Positions 1 through 8,589 of a DNA stretch of 33,719 nt are shown here, one piece after another. Both the position numbers and the translations under genes were made by a program. How positions within the stretch are numbered: position 1 is the first letter of the stretch; each line of letters opens with the position of its first letter. This DNA is from Guillardia theta CCMP2712 (lineage: Eukaryota > Protista > Cryptophyta). The notes under the pieces were generated by a model. It had not been told where the DNA came from. It searched no databases and worked only from the letters and a program-made list of their open reading frames with translations. The stretch is taken from NCBI RefSeq assembly GCF_000315625.1, contig NW_005434660.1:599148-632866 (forward strand), written 5' to 3'.

Positions 1-226
1 TCCTCCTCCTCCTCCTCCTCCTCCTTCACACCATCATCACGACGCTCGCCATCCCCGCGTTGCGCCCCAATCCTAAGCAGCCCCCACAAACCTGAGTTGC
101 TGGTCTAGAGGGCTATCTCAAAGTGAGGGGGTGTGTACTATGGTCTATTCACTTATAAGCATATACGAGACTTTTATCATCTTAACCCCCAATGCCCATC
201 ACAAGAATCTTTTGCAATCGGTTCCG

Positions 227-1429
227 ATGGGCATGAGCAAGCGTGTAGCGCTGCTGCTCGTCGCTGCGAGCCTGAGCGAGACTAGCGAGACTAGCAAGAG
301 AGAGACGAAACAGCTCCTCCTCCCATGCCGTCAGGTCGACCAGCTCCTCCTCCCATGCCGTTTGCATCGCGGGGGCATGATGTCAAGGGAGGAGAGGCTG
401 CGTGTGCGCTGCATCGGAGCATCTCTGCGTGGAGGAGTAGGCGAGGATGCGTCGTTACCCGCGGGGGACTCGAGTGAAGAATTCTTTGAAAGTGCCGCAA
501 GGAGCCAGCAGGCTACGAGCAGGCGAGTTGGGAAGCGCTCGCATGACAGCAGCGACGTCGGGGAGGGAAACTCGGAAGAGTCTGAAGCCTCCGTGAAAGA
601 GTTCGACAGCAATGTCAGCTCCTACGGTGAAGAGTTTAACCTCACCGTCACTTCCGACCCCTATGCGTCGAAGCTCGCTCCCATCAAGCGGAAGGTGATG
701 GCTCAGTTTGAGACGGAGAAAGCAGAGTGAGAGCGAGAGCGAGGAGTCGAGATGTTCTCACGTCGGATCATGTAGGGCAAAAGGCCGGAAGGCGGCATCG
801 CTGCCTAAACATGCGCTCTCAGCTCTGATCGACGAGTTTGGTCATTACAAGGCTGAGAAGCTGAGAGGTGACGGGAGGAGCTTGCTGAGGAGCTTCTGAG
901 AGCTGGCAAGGTGTGATCATCGACGTGGAGGCTGTCCTGTTCGACACTGAGCCGGCAAGAGCTTGCGAGTGAGTAGGAGAAGCTGAAACGCGAGCAGATG
1001 CTCTTCAGCGCCATCAAGGTCTTGTGCCAAGAGCTGAATATCGACATGGAAGGTGAGGAGGTGGAGCATGACGCAGGTCAAAGGTGCCGCAGACGATGAC
1101 TACCTGAGAATGAGCGGACGGGACTTCTCTCAGTGCCTCGCCATGCTGTGCAAGGGGAGAGCTGGGGGTTTTGAACGAGGTAAAGGAGAGGCGACGTACT
1201 GACATACTGACATGTTGCCTGTAGATTGCTTCTTCGACCTCTTGGAAATCAACATGCAACAGTTGCAGGCGATTCCATTCGCAGAGGTTTCCTGCAAGTC
1301 AATGCTCTCTGCCCTGCTTTCCTCCCGCTCCTTCCCTGCCTCTCACTCGCCCCTTTTGTCTCGACTCCCGTCCTCTCTCGTAAGTTCTTCTCGCTGATGT
1401 CAGAGCTAGACGTTGATCCGGCATTTTAA
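227..1429 (+). CDS. Multi-exon hypothetical protein with a signal-peptide-like N-terminus and an acidic/Ser-rich middle
   Basis: ORF 131-730 contains MGMSKRVALLLVAASLS (hydrophobic leader). Further short coding-like blocks separated by GT...AG introns (LIDEFGHYKAEKLR; EKLKREQMLFSAIKVLCQELNIDME; FFDLLEINMQQLQAIPFAE) end at ...MSELDVDPAF* at 1429. No family recognised. Confidence 0.45.
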
Positions 1430-2456
1430 AAGTCGAGGGATTCCAATAGCCCTCGTGTCTTCTGCGCCGAGAGGTGAGAAACTGTATGGGCAGGGAAAAA
1501 GAGCGAGCAGACGCAGAGGGGGGGGGGGGGGGGGGGGGGGAAGGGAGAAGGATATGTATTGTTCTCTTTGATGGTTGCGGTTTCTTCAGCTTTGCTCGAT
1601 CACGCGTGCAAGCGTCACGCCGGCTTTTTCTCTCTGGTATCCCACGTCATTTGCGCCGATGAAGTTCCTCGCTCGCGACCTTTTCCTGACGCCTACCTGG
1701 CAGCGGCGAGGTGAGACTGAGTTGCTGCACATGGTTCGTCTGTCTTGCTCCTATGCCGCCTGTCACGCTATCGCACCTCCTCGTCTGCTTCCTCTTTCCT
1801 GTTGGAGCCTTTCTACGCTTGCTGTTCCTTCAAGTCACTCTCCCGTCCCAGTCTCGTCATCATTAGTTCCATTACACCCTTTCGCTCTCCTCCTCACTCC
1901 CGCTTTCAACGTTTCTTCTCTTCTCTTCCACTCCTAACCTCTTCTTTCCTCAGGAAGCTCAACCTCCCGGTCTCCGACTGCTTGTCTCTCGTCGGAACTC
2001 TCGTCGGGCTGCAAGCAAGTCTGCAGGCGAACCTTCCGACCATCGGTGAACAAGCAGATCCATGATACCTTCTACCTTCTTGTCCCCTCCCTTCTCGTCT
2101 CCTCCTCGTCTCCTCCTCGTCTCATCCCTCGTCTCCCACGTCACCCTTTTCTCCTTCCTGCCTCGTCTCGCTTCTCACTGTCTTCATCGCGTCGAATCAC
2201 CTTGTGCACAGCTATCAGTTCTCCTCGCAAAAAACTTCCGGAGGGAGGGTGGGCGACTGCGCAGGAGCTCAAGGCCGCGGGGGCTCGGATGGTGGGGCTA
2301 CGAGGGGAGGGGAGGGCAATAAGTGACGTGGGTGTAGGTGGTGCCGAGCTTGAGGAGGATGGACCCTTGTTTCTACGGGTACCCGGCTCATTTCTGTATT
2401 GCCAACAGGATGTTCTGCTGACTCGCCGTCGCCTCCCCTACAAGCTCTCCACATCC

Positions 2457-4301
2457 TCATACTCTCCTTCGCACGCGTCCTCGAGCAACGGACGTTGAGA
2501 GGGATCTAGAGAGCAGTTCAGTCACCCTCCTCCTCCTAGTCCCTCCCGGTCCTTCCGTACCCGAGGGCGGAAGCGACTCTAGCGGAGAAGAAAGTCTCTC
2601 AGCTACCAGCGTCGCGTTGGCGAGGAGAATCAGCTGAAAGTTGCATGAGCAGCCAGGAAAGGAGAGCAGAGCAAGCAAGGAGATGAAGCAGCAAGAGGAT
2701 GAGCAAGCGGAGCAGACCATGAGGCCTAGCTTCTGCTCGGGCCCTGCCTGGGCCTTGTAGTTGAGCTCCTCGTATATCCATCTAGCGCCCCAAGAGTGAG
2801 GAGAAGGAGTAGATGCAGAGAGCAAGAGAGGGAGGAGCGAACTGAGAGAAGAAAGGGGAGTAACTCTAGGAAGGGATAGGTTGGTTGGAGAAGGAATTAA
2901 GAGTGGAGCAGAGGGGGACAAGACTTACTGGAAGGAAACTAGAAGAGACATGTGAAGCATAATGACCACTGCTGAGTTTTCGCGCTGCCAAGAACTTCTA
3001 CTGCCAGAGTGAGTGTGTTGATGAAAAGAAGCAAGGGAAAGAGAACGAGGAGATGAGAGAAGTGATGATAGTTATCAATCACAAACCCACACACATGCTT
3101 CAAGTGTGGGGAAAGCTGGGAGCCAGAAGCACCTCAAAGTAAGTTGGCTGCTGAAGGAACTTACAACAACGATGACCAGACAAGCCTCCTGACATCCGTC
3201 GAAGTGAGACATGAATATCTACGCAATAAAAGGAAGAGAAGGAGACGATGAGGGTTCGGGTTAAACATACAAGACAACCAGAGAAGAAAGTAGAGGGCAG
3301 ACAACACGTGAAAGGATGGGTAGAGGACGACGAGCTTACCAGTTGCCAGCTGACCCGAGGCCCGAGAAGAACTTGTGTTGTGAAGGAGAGCAGCAGCTCA
3401 ACCTTCTCATTGAGAACGAGTTGGAGGAGGAGGAGGAAGAGGATGCCAGGCAGGCCCAACCAGAATACGAGGGACGGCGCTGAAATGTCTGCTGCGATGC
3501 TGCATCCGAGTCAACGAGCACAACCACTTGTCACTGATGTCACCTGCGGATCGTCGGAGCGATGAAGCCAACGAGTAAAGCGGATGCGAGAGTGAGGAGA
3601 GCAGCTTCACCTCTGCTCACCACCAGCTCCTCTCCAGCTGCATCACTCGTCGGAGAGGGCTGCTGCGCGAGGAAGCAGATTCCGAGGAAGCAGCAGACAA
3701 GAGCAGCAAGAGAGACTTTCTTCACCCGGTCCCTCAAGTTCAGCCAGTCGATGAGCATCGCCCAAAAAGGTGACGTGGCATACAAGGCCATCGCTTCCGA
3801 CGCTGGCAGGCAAGACAACCCGATGAAGAGGAGAAAGCCGCCGAGAGACCCGAGGAAGCCCAGAGCGAAGAGACGAGCGAGCATGCTGGCCTCATGGGCA
3901 AAGGGGTTGGACTGAGAGAAGAGACAAGCGAGCGCCCCGAGCAGACAGCACGAGAGGCTGCGCAGAAAGAGACTCTCAGTGAAACTCATCGAGGGCTGTA
4001 AACTGGCAAGCTGGTGCACTAGCACATTCAAAGGCAACATGTTGGCAGCAGCCAATGCAGCATAGATCAGAGCTTGAGTCCTGCTTGAAATGTTTGCTTC
4101 CTTGAAATGAACGCATCGTTGGGAAAGAGCGAAGGCGAAGGTGAACACTGAAGCAAGAATGAACACTTCTGTTACACTAATAAAATCAGGCAAGCCATGA
4201 AGACTTGATGGCGATGGCGATGGCGATGGCGATGGCGATGGCGATGGCGATGGCGATGGCGATGGCGATGGCGATGGAAGCTCTTGTGTAGCCGCCTCCA
4301 T
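2457..4301 (-). CDS. EamA/DMT-family (SLC35G-like) membrane transporter, multi-exon
   Basis: ORF 3540-4355 has multiple TM helices and EamA-type text: ESLFLRSLSCCLLGAL...LFALGFLGSLGGFLLFIGLSCLPASEAMALYATSPFWAMLIDWLNLRDRV. Further hydrophobic exons lie at 3100-3460 and 2600-2800. Likely start is MEAATQEL at 4301; the 3' end is approximate. Confidence 0.75.
4207..4277. repeat. (GATGGC)n microsatellite, ~12 copies, encoding a (Ser-Pro)n tract in the EamA N-terminus
   Basis: Directly visible; translates as PSPSPSPS on the minus strand. Confidence 0.95.
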
Positions 4302-4433
4302 CGATCGCTCAAGAATGTTTGATGGATTGAGCTTCAACATGCCAACCCACAACATTAGCGATCAAACCTGCTGACGTGAAGAAGACTGAGATGACAAACG
4401 AGACGGGACGAGGGAGGAGGAGAGGAGAAGAGA

Positions 4434-4650
4434 CCAGTATCTTTCATCGCGGGTTTTGCTTCAACGACTGAGGGTGCATTGGGCTTATTAGCTAAACGAC
4501 ACAAAACATAAAATTTCAAAATTCTAAATTTTCCGTCGAAATTATGGATCATTGAAGACCCACACGCCAATATTTCCTTGTGTCTGACTCGTACTTCATC
4601 CTTTCTATGAAGAACAGGTTGAAGTATAACCAGACCCATGTGTGATTCAA
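4434..4650 (-). ncRNA. Putative Fanzor omega-RNA scaffold (3' of the ORF, overlapping the stop codon)
   Basis: The minus strand folds by eye into a long nested stem-loop spanning 4650-4552: UUGAA/UUCAA, CACAC/GUGUG, GUCUGGUU/AGUCAGAC, UACUUCA/UGAAGUA, CCU/AGG, UUCU/AGAA with a UCAU loop. A second hairpin pairs CGAC..AAAAUUU with AAAUUUU..GUCG (~4538-4497), and CUUCAAUGA could pair long-range with UCGUUGAAG. The position matches the known TnpB/Fanzor omega-RNA location. The exact ends are not determinable from one copy. Confidence 0.7.
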
Positions 4651-6575
4651 GGCCGTTTCAGAAAATCTGGTCGTGCTGGTAGAGACATGTAGCACAATAG
4701 AATATTCATAGCAGCATTGACATCACGAGACTTGATACGGTTTTGAACACAATTGGTGGATCTGCACCATTTCAAACCCCGCACCACTGACACTTCGTCA
4801 GCAAGTATACCATTCTTGTTGATTTGTTTGCGTCTCAAATCATACAATTCTTGATGACATTGATTGCAACATTTTGTCGTTCTGTATTCATCAACTGCCG
4901 TCACCTCGAAGAAGTTCTGACATCGCCTTTTGATCCATTTTACAGGCACTGACTTCTCTCCACGCCCAGTACAACCGAATGATGCATCACCGTATGCAAT
5001 TATTGGATTTTGATCTGTCCCATTACCTTTCATCTTCTTGAAGAACGTATCAATCGCCTTGTGTTTGTGGATGTAGTTATCCATCTTCAGGCGTGCGAAC
5101 TTGTTTTGACAATTGTGTTCGAACAGGATCTCGCTTAGTCTCACCACGGTGTCGATGTATCTTTCAAAGTGATCCAACCGAGACGTTTTTGCTGACACTC
5201 TTGCAATATCGTTTGATTCCTCTGTTATGCCTTGTCTCCATTTTTCTAACTTGGCGTTATTCCGAGTAATATGAGACTCATGATAGTACTGCCTTCGAGT
5301 ATATCGATACTGCTTTGGTTTTTCTTGACCAGGTATTTGCTCGACACCGCATATCAGTACATTGCGACCAGGATCGATTGCAATAACTCGTCTTGAGGAC
5401 ACATCACAATCTCTTGTTTTGCTTTTCTTTGTAGTAGTATTGTCTGTCTCATTGTGTATTCTCTTCTTGAACGTCACACAGAGTGCGACTCCGTCAGTCT
5501 GTATGCTATCAACTGTCCCTTTCTTTCTCAAATTTGATTGTAGCTTCAACACCGACAAGAATCGCTTATGTTTTTGTTGTGTGAACTTTTTCATGCATTT
5601 GCTTTTCCCACCCTTTGAATATTGCAACAGACCAGATTGATCCATAATGTAGAATAAACCCCAAATGTCTACGCGAATAAATTGTTTGCGTATCTGAAAA
5701 ATCGGAGCGATCGTGTATCGATCAGATATATCATGAATCTCCAAAAACCTCAGAACCGAAAAATGGTACTTGACAAGATTTGGTATGTGTAATTGCATCC
5801 ATTTTTGCTGTTCAGGGTTTTTCTTGATTTTGTCACGGGCCCATGACAAGTTATAATGATTGTCCCATCCAATGATCTCTTTTTGTTCCCTTATGAAATC
5901 AATGACATCCTGTCTTTCGAGAACACGAGTTTTTGGTGGAAAGCTCCATCCGTTTACTGCATTCCGTATATCCTGTATCTCCTTTTCTGAAGAAATCCCA
6001 TTGAGCTTTCCCCATTCCTTTATGTATCTAGTCTGTTTTTGTCCCATCGTATAGAATATGTAATTTTGGAAATTTGTTGCATATTGATCAGCAGAATAGT
6101 ACAGTACTCGAATATCCCCTTCTTTCCTGCGTTGTATTGGTAGATACTTGTTCCCTTTTTCTTGCCAAAACTCGTCTAAAATATCAAACTGAATTGCATT
6201 ACCTCTGCGTTTTTCACCCATCAGAAAACAGGTCCGAAAGAAAACTTTCTCTCCACCATTGGTCTTGACCGTTTCTTCTTGCATCCCTTCTTCTTTTTCT
6301 TTGTCTGTTACTTTTCTAGTACGATTGTATATCTGATCAAACAGCCTTGTAATGTACGTATCATCACCTTGCATTGAATCCTTCTCAAAACACCATAACA
6401 ATAGATGATTGAATATGATGCTACCTCGATGGCTTATTTTGCTTATGTGTTTCACCCAATCATCAATCACATCGATCATTGTGTGTTGTTTGAGATGTTT
6501 TTTCAAACACATCTTGACAGTCGTCTGTGAATCAGAACAAGACTTTCTTTGTTTTCCTCTTTTCCTTTTCCCCAT
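4647..6575 (-). CDS. Fanzor1: Fanzor1 (eukaryotic TnpB/Cas12-related RNA-guided DNA endonuclease), 642 aa, intronless
   Basis: RuvC-I RRVIAIDPG (D401); IIAYGDASF with Gly529 at the canonical TnpB RuvC-II position; shifted catalytic Glu in VDEYRTTKCCNQC (E563); Zn-finger CNQC...CRSTNC; RuvC-III SRDVNAAMNIL (D618). Fanzor1-type upstream blocks are TVKMCLKK, TIAPIF..RKQFIRVD and IQTDGVALCVTF. N-terminal basic run MGKRKRGKQRK. Uninterrupted ORF. Confidence 0.93.
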   Translation of the reverse strand: MGKRKRGKQRKSCSDSQTTVKMCLKKHLKQHTMIDVIDDWVKHISKISHRGSIIFNHLLLWCFEKDSMQGDDTYITRLFDQIYNRTRKVTDKEKEEGMQEETVKTNGGEKVFFRTCFLMGEKRRGNAIQFDILDEFWQEKGNKYLPIQRRKEGDIRVLYYSADQYATNFQNYIFYTMGQKQTRYIKEWGKLNGISSEKEIQDIRNAVNGWSFPPKTRVLERQDVIDFIREQKEIIGWDNHYNLSWARDKIKKNPEQQKWMQLHIPNLVKYHFSVLRFLEIHDISDRYTIAPIFQIRKQFIRVDIWGLFYIMDQSGLLQYSKGGKSKCMKKFTQQKHKRFLSVLKLQSNLRKKGTVDSIQTDGVALCVTFKKRIHNETDNTTTKKSKTRDCDVSSRRVIAIDPGRNVLICGVEQIPGQEKPKQYRYTRRQYYHESHITRNNAKLEKWRQGITEESNDIARVSAKTSRLDHFERYIDTVVRLSEILFEHNCQNKFARLKMDNYIHKHKAIDTFFKKMKGNGTDQNPIIAYGDASFGCTGRGEKSVPVKWIKRRCQNFFEVTAVDEYRTTKCCNQCHQELYDLRRKQINKNGILADEVSVVRGLKWCRSTNCVQNRIKSRDVNAAMNILLCYMSLPARPDFLKRP

Positions 6576-6589
6576 ATTTGATCAGGGTG

Positions 6590-6710
6590 AACGCGGGAGC
6601 TTCGGAAGGCGGGAATGAGGGAGGGAGGGAGGGAGGGCGGGAAGAAGGGAGTGATGGAAGGCGGGAGGGAGGATGGGAGGGAGGGAGAGAAGGCGGGAGG
6701 GCGGGGAAAT
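6590..6710. repeat. GGGA/GGGAAGGC purine-rich low-complexity tract immediately 5' of the Fanzor start
   Basis: gggagggagggagggagggcgggaagaaggg... is visible, with many GGG runs. Confidence 0.85.
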
Positions 6711-6719
6711 CTTTACAGA

Positions 6720-7058
6720 GCCACAAACCTGGTACCCACCCCTACTAAAGTTCGACAGATAACAAACGGGTAGTTAGACTTCGGATGAAGGCGGGAAGGC
6801 GGGAAGGCCACAAACCTGGTACCCACCCCTACTCAAGTTCGACAGATAAACAAACGGGTAGTTAGACTTCGGATGAAGGCGGGAAGGCGGGAAGGCCACA
6901 AACCTGGTACCCACCCCTACTCAAGTTCGACAGATAAACAAACGGGAAGGCGGGAACTTCGGAAGGCGGGAAATATTCGAAGTTTGTTGAGCCACAAACC
7001 TGGTACCCACCCCTACTTCTACTTTGATAGATAAACAGACGGGTGTTTAGACTTCGGA
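6720..7058. repeat. Tandem repeat, 4 copies of an ~88-bp unit
   Basis: Unit GCCACAAACCTGGTACCCACCCCTACT(C/A)AAGTTCGACAGATAAACAAACGGG... starts at 6720, 6807, 6895 and 6991 (spacings 87, 88, 96). Confidence 0.95.
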
Positions 7059-7271
7059 AGAATTGATTTGTACAGGTGGATTTGCAGGGATGTTCTTTTT
7101 TTTAATCACAACATTCTATATTCTCGTTGCTCCTTTGTTGTTTTACCGTTCGGGGTTTGCACCACACCGCGATTTCGACGTTTTTTTGAGATTCTAATTT
7201 TTGGGTCACCATTGGTCATAGTGTGTCACTTAACCAGTATGGGTCTGTTTAAAACAAGGTTTTTGACTGTG

Positions 7272-7814
7272 CAAAGAGCACAGCATAAGTAAAATATATG
7301 GATCTGTTTATACAATACAAAACGACTTGTAGTGCCAAATGGTACAAAGAACACAACATAAGTAAAATATATCGCTCTGTTTATATAATACAAAACGACT
7401 TGTAGTGCCAAATGGTAGAAAGAACACAACATAAGTAAAATATATCGCTCTGTTTATACAATACAAAAACTTATAGACCGTGTAATGGTAGAAAGAACAC
7501 AACATAAGTAAAACATATCGCTCTGTTTATATAATACAAAACGACTTGTAGTGCCAAATGGTACAAAGAACACAACATAAGTAAAATATATCGCTCTGTT
7601 TATATAATACAAAACGACTTGTAGTGCCAAATGGTACAAAGAACACAACATAAGTAAAACATATGGCTCTGTTTATATAATACAAAAACTTATAGACCGT
7701 GTAATGGTAGAAAGAACACAACATAAGTAAAATATATGGCTCTGTTTATATAATACAAAACGACTTGTAGTGCCAAATGGTACAAAGAACACAACATAAG
7801 TAAAATATATGGCT
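7272..7814. repeat. 73-bp AT-rich tandem array, ~7.4 units, two variants in the order A-A-B-A-A-B-A
   Basis: Units start at 7272, 7345, 7418, 7491, 7564, 7637, 7710 and 7783. Each has a ~58-bp constant part plus a 15-nt variable part: A=CGACTTGTAGTGCCA, B=ACTTATAGACCGTGT (7469-7483, 7688-7702). Confidence 0.97.
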
Positions 7815-8160
7815 GACGCCCACGAGCTGCATCCAATGGTTGTCGGGCCTACGGTTACCTGTTCTCTGACGTTTTCTTCGGCCCCCGATTTGAGGCCTCA
7901 ACTGCTTCCTGGACCTGCATGTCCTCCAATCGGAGACTCTGACTTGGCCCTATACTCATATCTAAAAAGATGGCCTAATCATGGGCCTAAACTGTACTGA
8001 GTGCAGACCGATGACCGGCGCGGCCCGGACCCGCGGGGACCCGAGCTACGGAGTAGACGCCGAGACGTCTGTCAGTTTACTTGTACATGTTCAACGTCAG
8101 GTCGTTGCCAAGTTGGACCCGCACGCGTTAACGAAGGAAGGAGAGGAAAAGAGGAGCTGA

Positions 8161-8589
8161 CTAGCGGAGGATGGCGGCGATCGCAAGCCCAACAATAAAC
8201 CCGACCAGGGTAGCGAAGAGAACAAAAGTCAAATCCCCCTCCTCCTCTTCCTCCTCGTTCTTCTCCTCCCCTTCTTGCCTTCTGCCCTTCAACTTGGAAG
8301 CAGATTCCCCTGACCAGGCTGGCGGGGCCTTGAAAGACGGAAAACCATCCGAGGAGGAGGTGGGAAGGCCTAGCTTGCTGCTGAGCCAGTCGAACGAGGA
8401 GGCAAAAGGCACCACCCACGTCCAGCTCTGCCTTCCGACGCTCTCCAGCAGGGCATTGAGCGGGAAGGACTCGAGGTGGAGCAGCTGCTGCAGCTCCAGG
8501 CGCAACAGGGCGAGCTGGATGGGAAGGACACCCAGCGGCTTCATGTGCCCGTACTCCGCGTTCCTCGGCCGCATCCTAGCCGCCTGCAT
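8161..8589 (-). CDS. Hypothetical protein with an acidic tract and a C-terminal transmembrane helix (tail-anchored-like)
   Basis: 3' part of ORF 8161-8823: MQAARMRP...EEEEEEGDLTFVLFATLVGFIVGLAIAAILR*. The true start and exon structure are unknown. Confidence 0.45.
   Translation of the reverse strand: MQAARMRPRNAEYGHMKPLGVLPIQLALLRLELQQLLHLESFPLNALLESVGRQSWTWVVPFASSFDWLSSKLGLPTSSSDGFPSFKAPPAWSGESASKLKGRRQEGEEKNEEEEEEGDLTFVLFATLVGFIVGLAIAAILR

Larger units (their letters stand above)
4434..7814 (-). mobile_element. Fanzor-carrying mobile element, apparently non-autonomous (no transposase); boundaries uncertain
   Basis: Abrupt shift from GC-rich intron-dense host DNA to an AT-richer intronless segment holding only Fanzor, the structured 3' region and tandem arrays. 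The upstream end could be ~7232, ~7814 or ~8000. Confidence 0.6.

Noticed and set aside
1575-2498. Possible small multi-exon gene on the plus strand
   Set aside because: Exon-like fragments exist (MKFLARDLFLTPTWQRR; RKLNLPVSDCLSLVGTLVGLQ), but I could not assemble a model or recognise a family.
4355-4639. 94-aa ORF downstream of Fanzor
   Set aside because: No protein features; it runs across the structured putative omega-RNA and into host pyrimidine tract, so it is better explained as non-coding.
4647-6575. Bacterial TnpB/Cas12 from contamination
   Set aside because: It is embedded between intron-containing eukaryotic genes and has the Fanzor-type rearranged RuvC, Fanzor1-type N-terminal blocks and an NLS-like run.
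7323-7337. Slot A of the 73-bp array targeting the 80-bp direct repeat (shared TACAAGTC)
   Set aside because: Only an 8-bp match, which is not significant in 34 kb.
7272-7814. CRISPR array next to a Cas12-like nuclease
   Set aside because: The variable slots are only 15 nt, have just two variants, recur periodically and are related to each other (shared ACTT(G/A)TAG). There is no cas1/cas2 and the context is eukaryotic.
4435-7999. CAGTA...TACTG as terminal inverted repeats of the Fanzor element
   Set aside because: Only 5 bp match and there is no flanking TSD; expected by chance.
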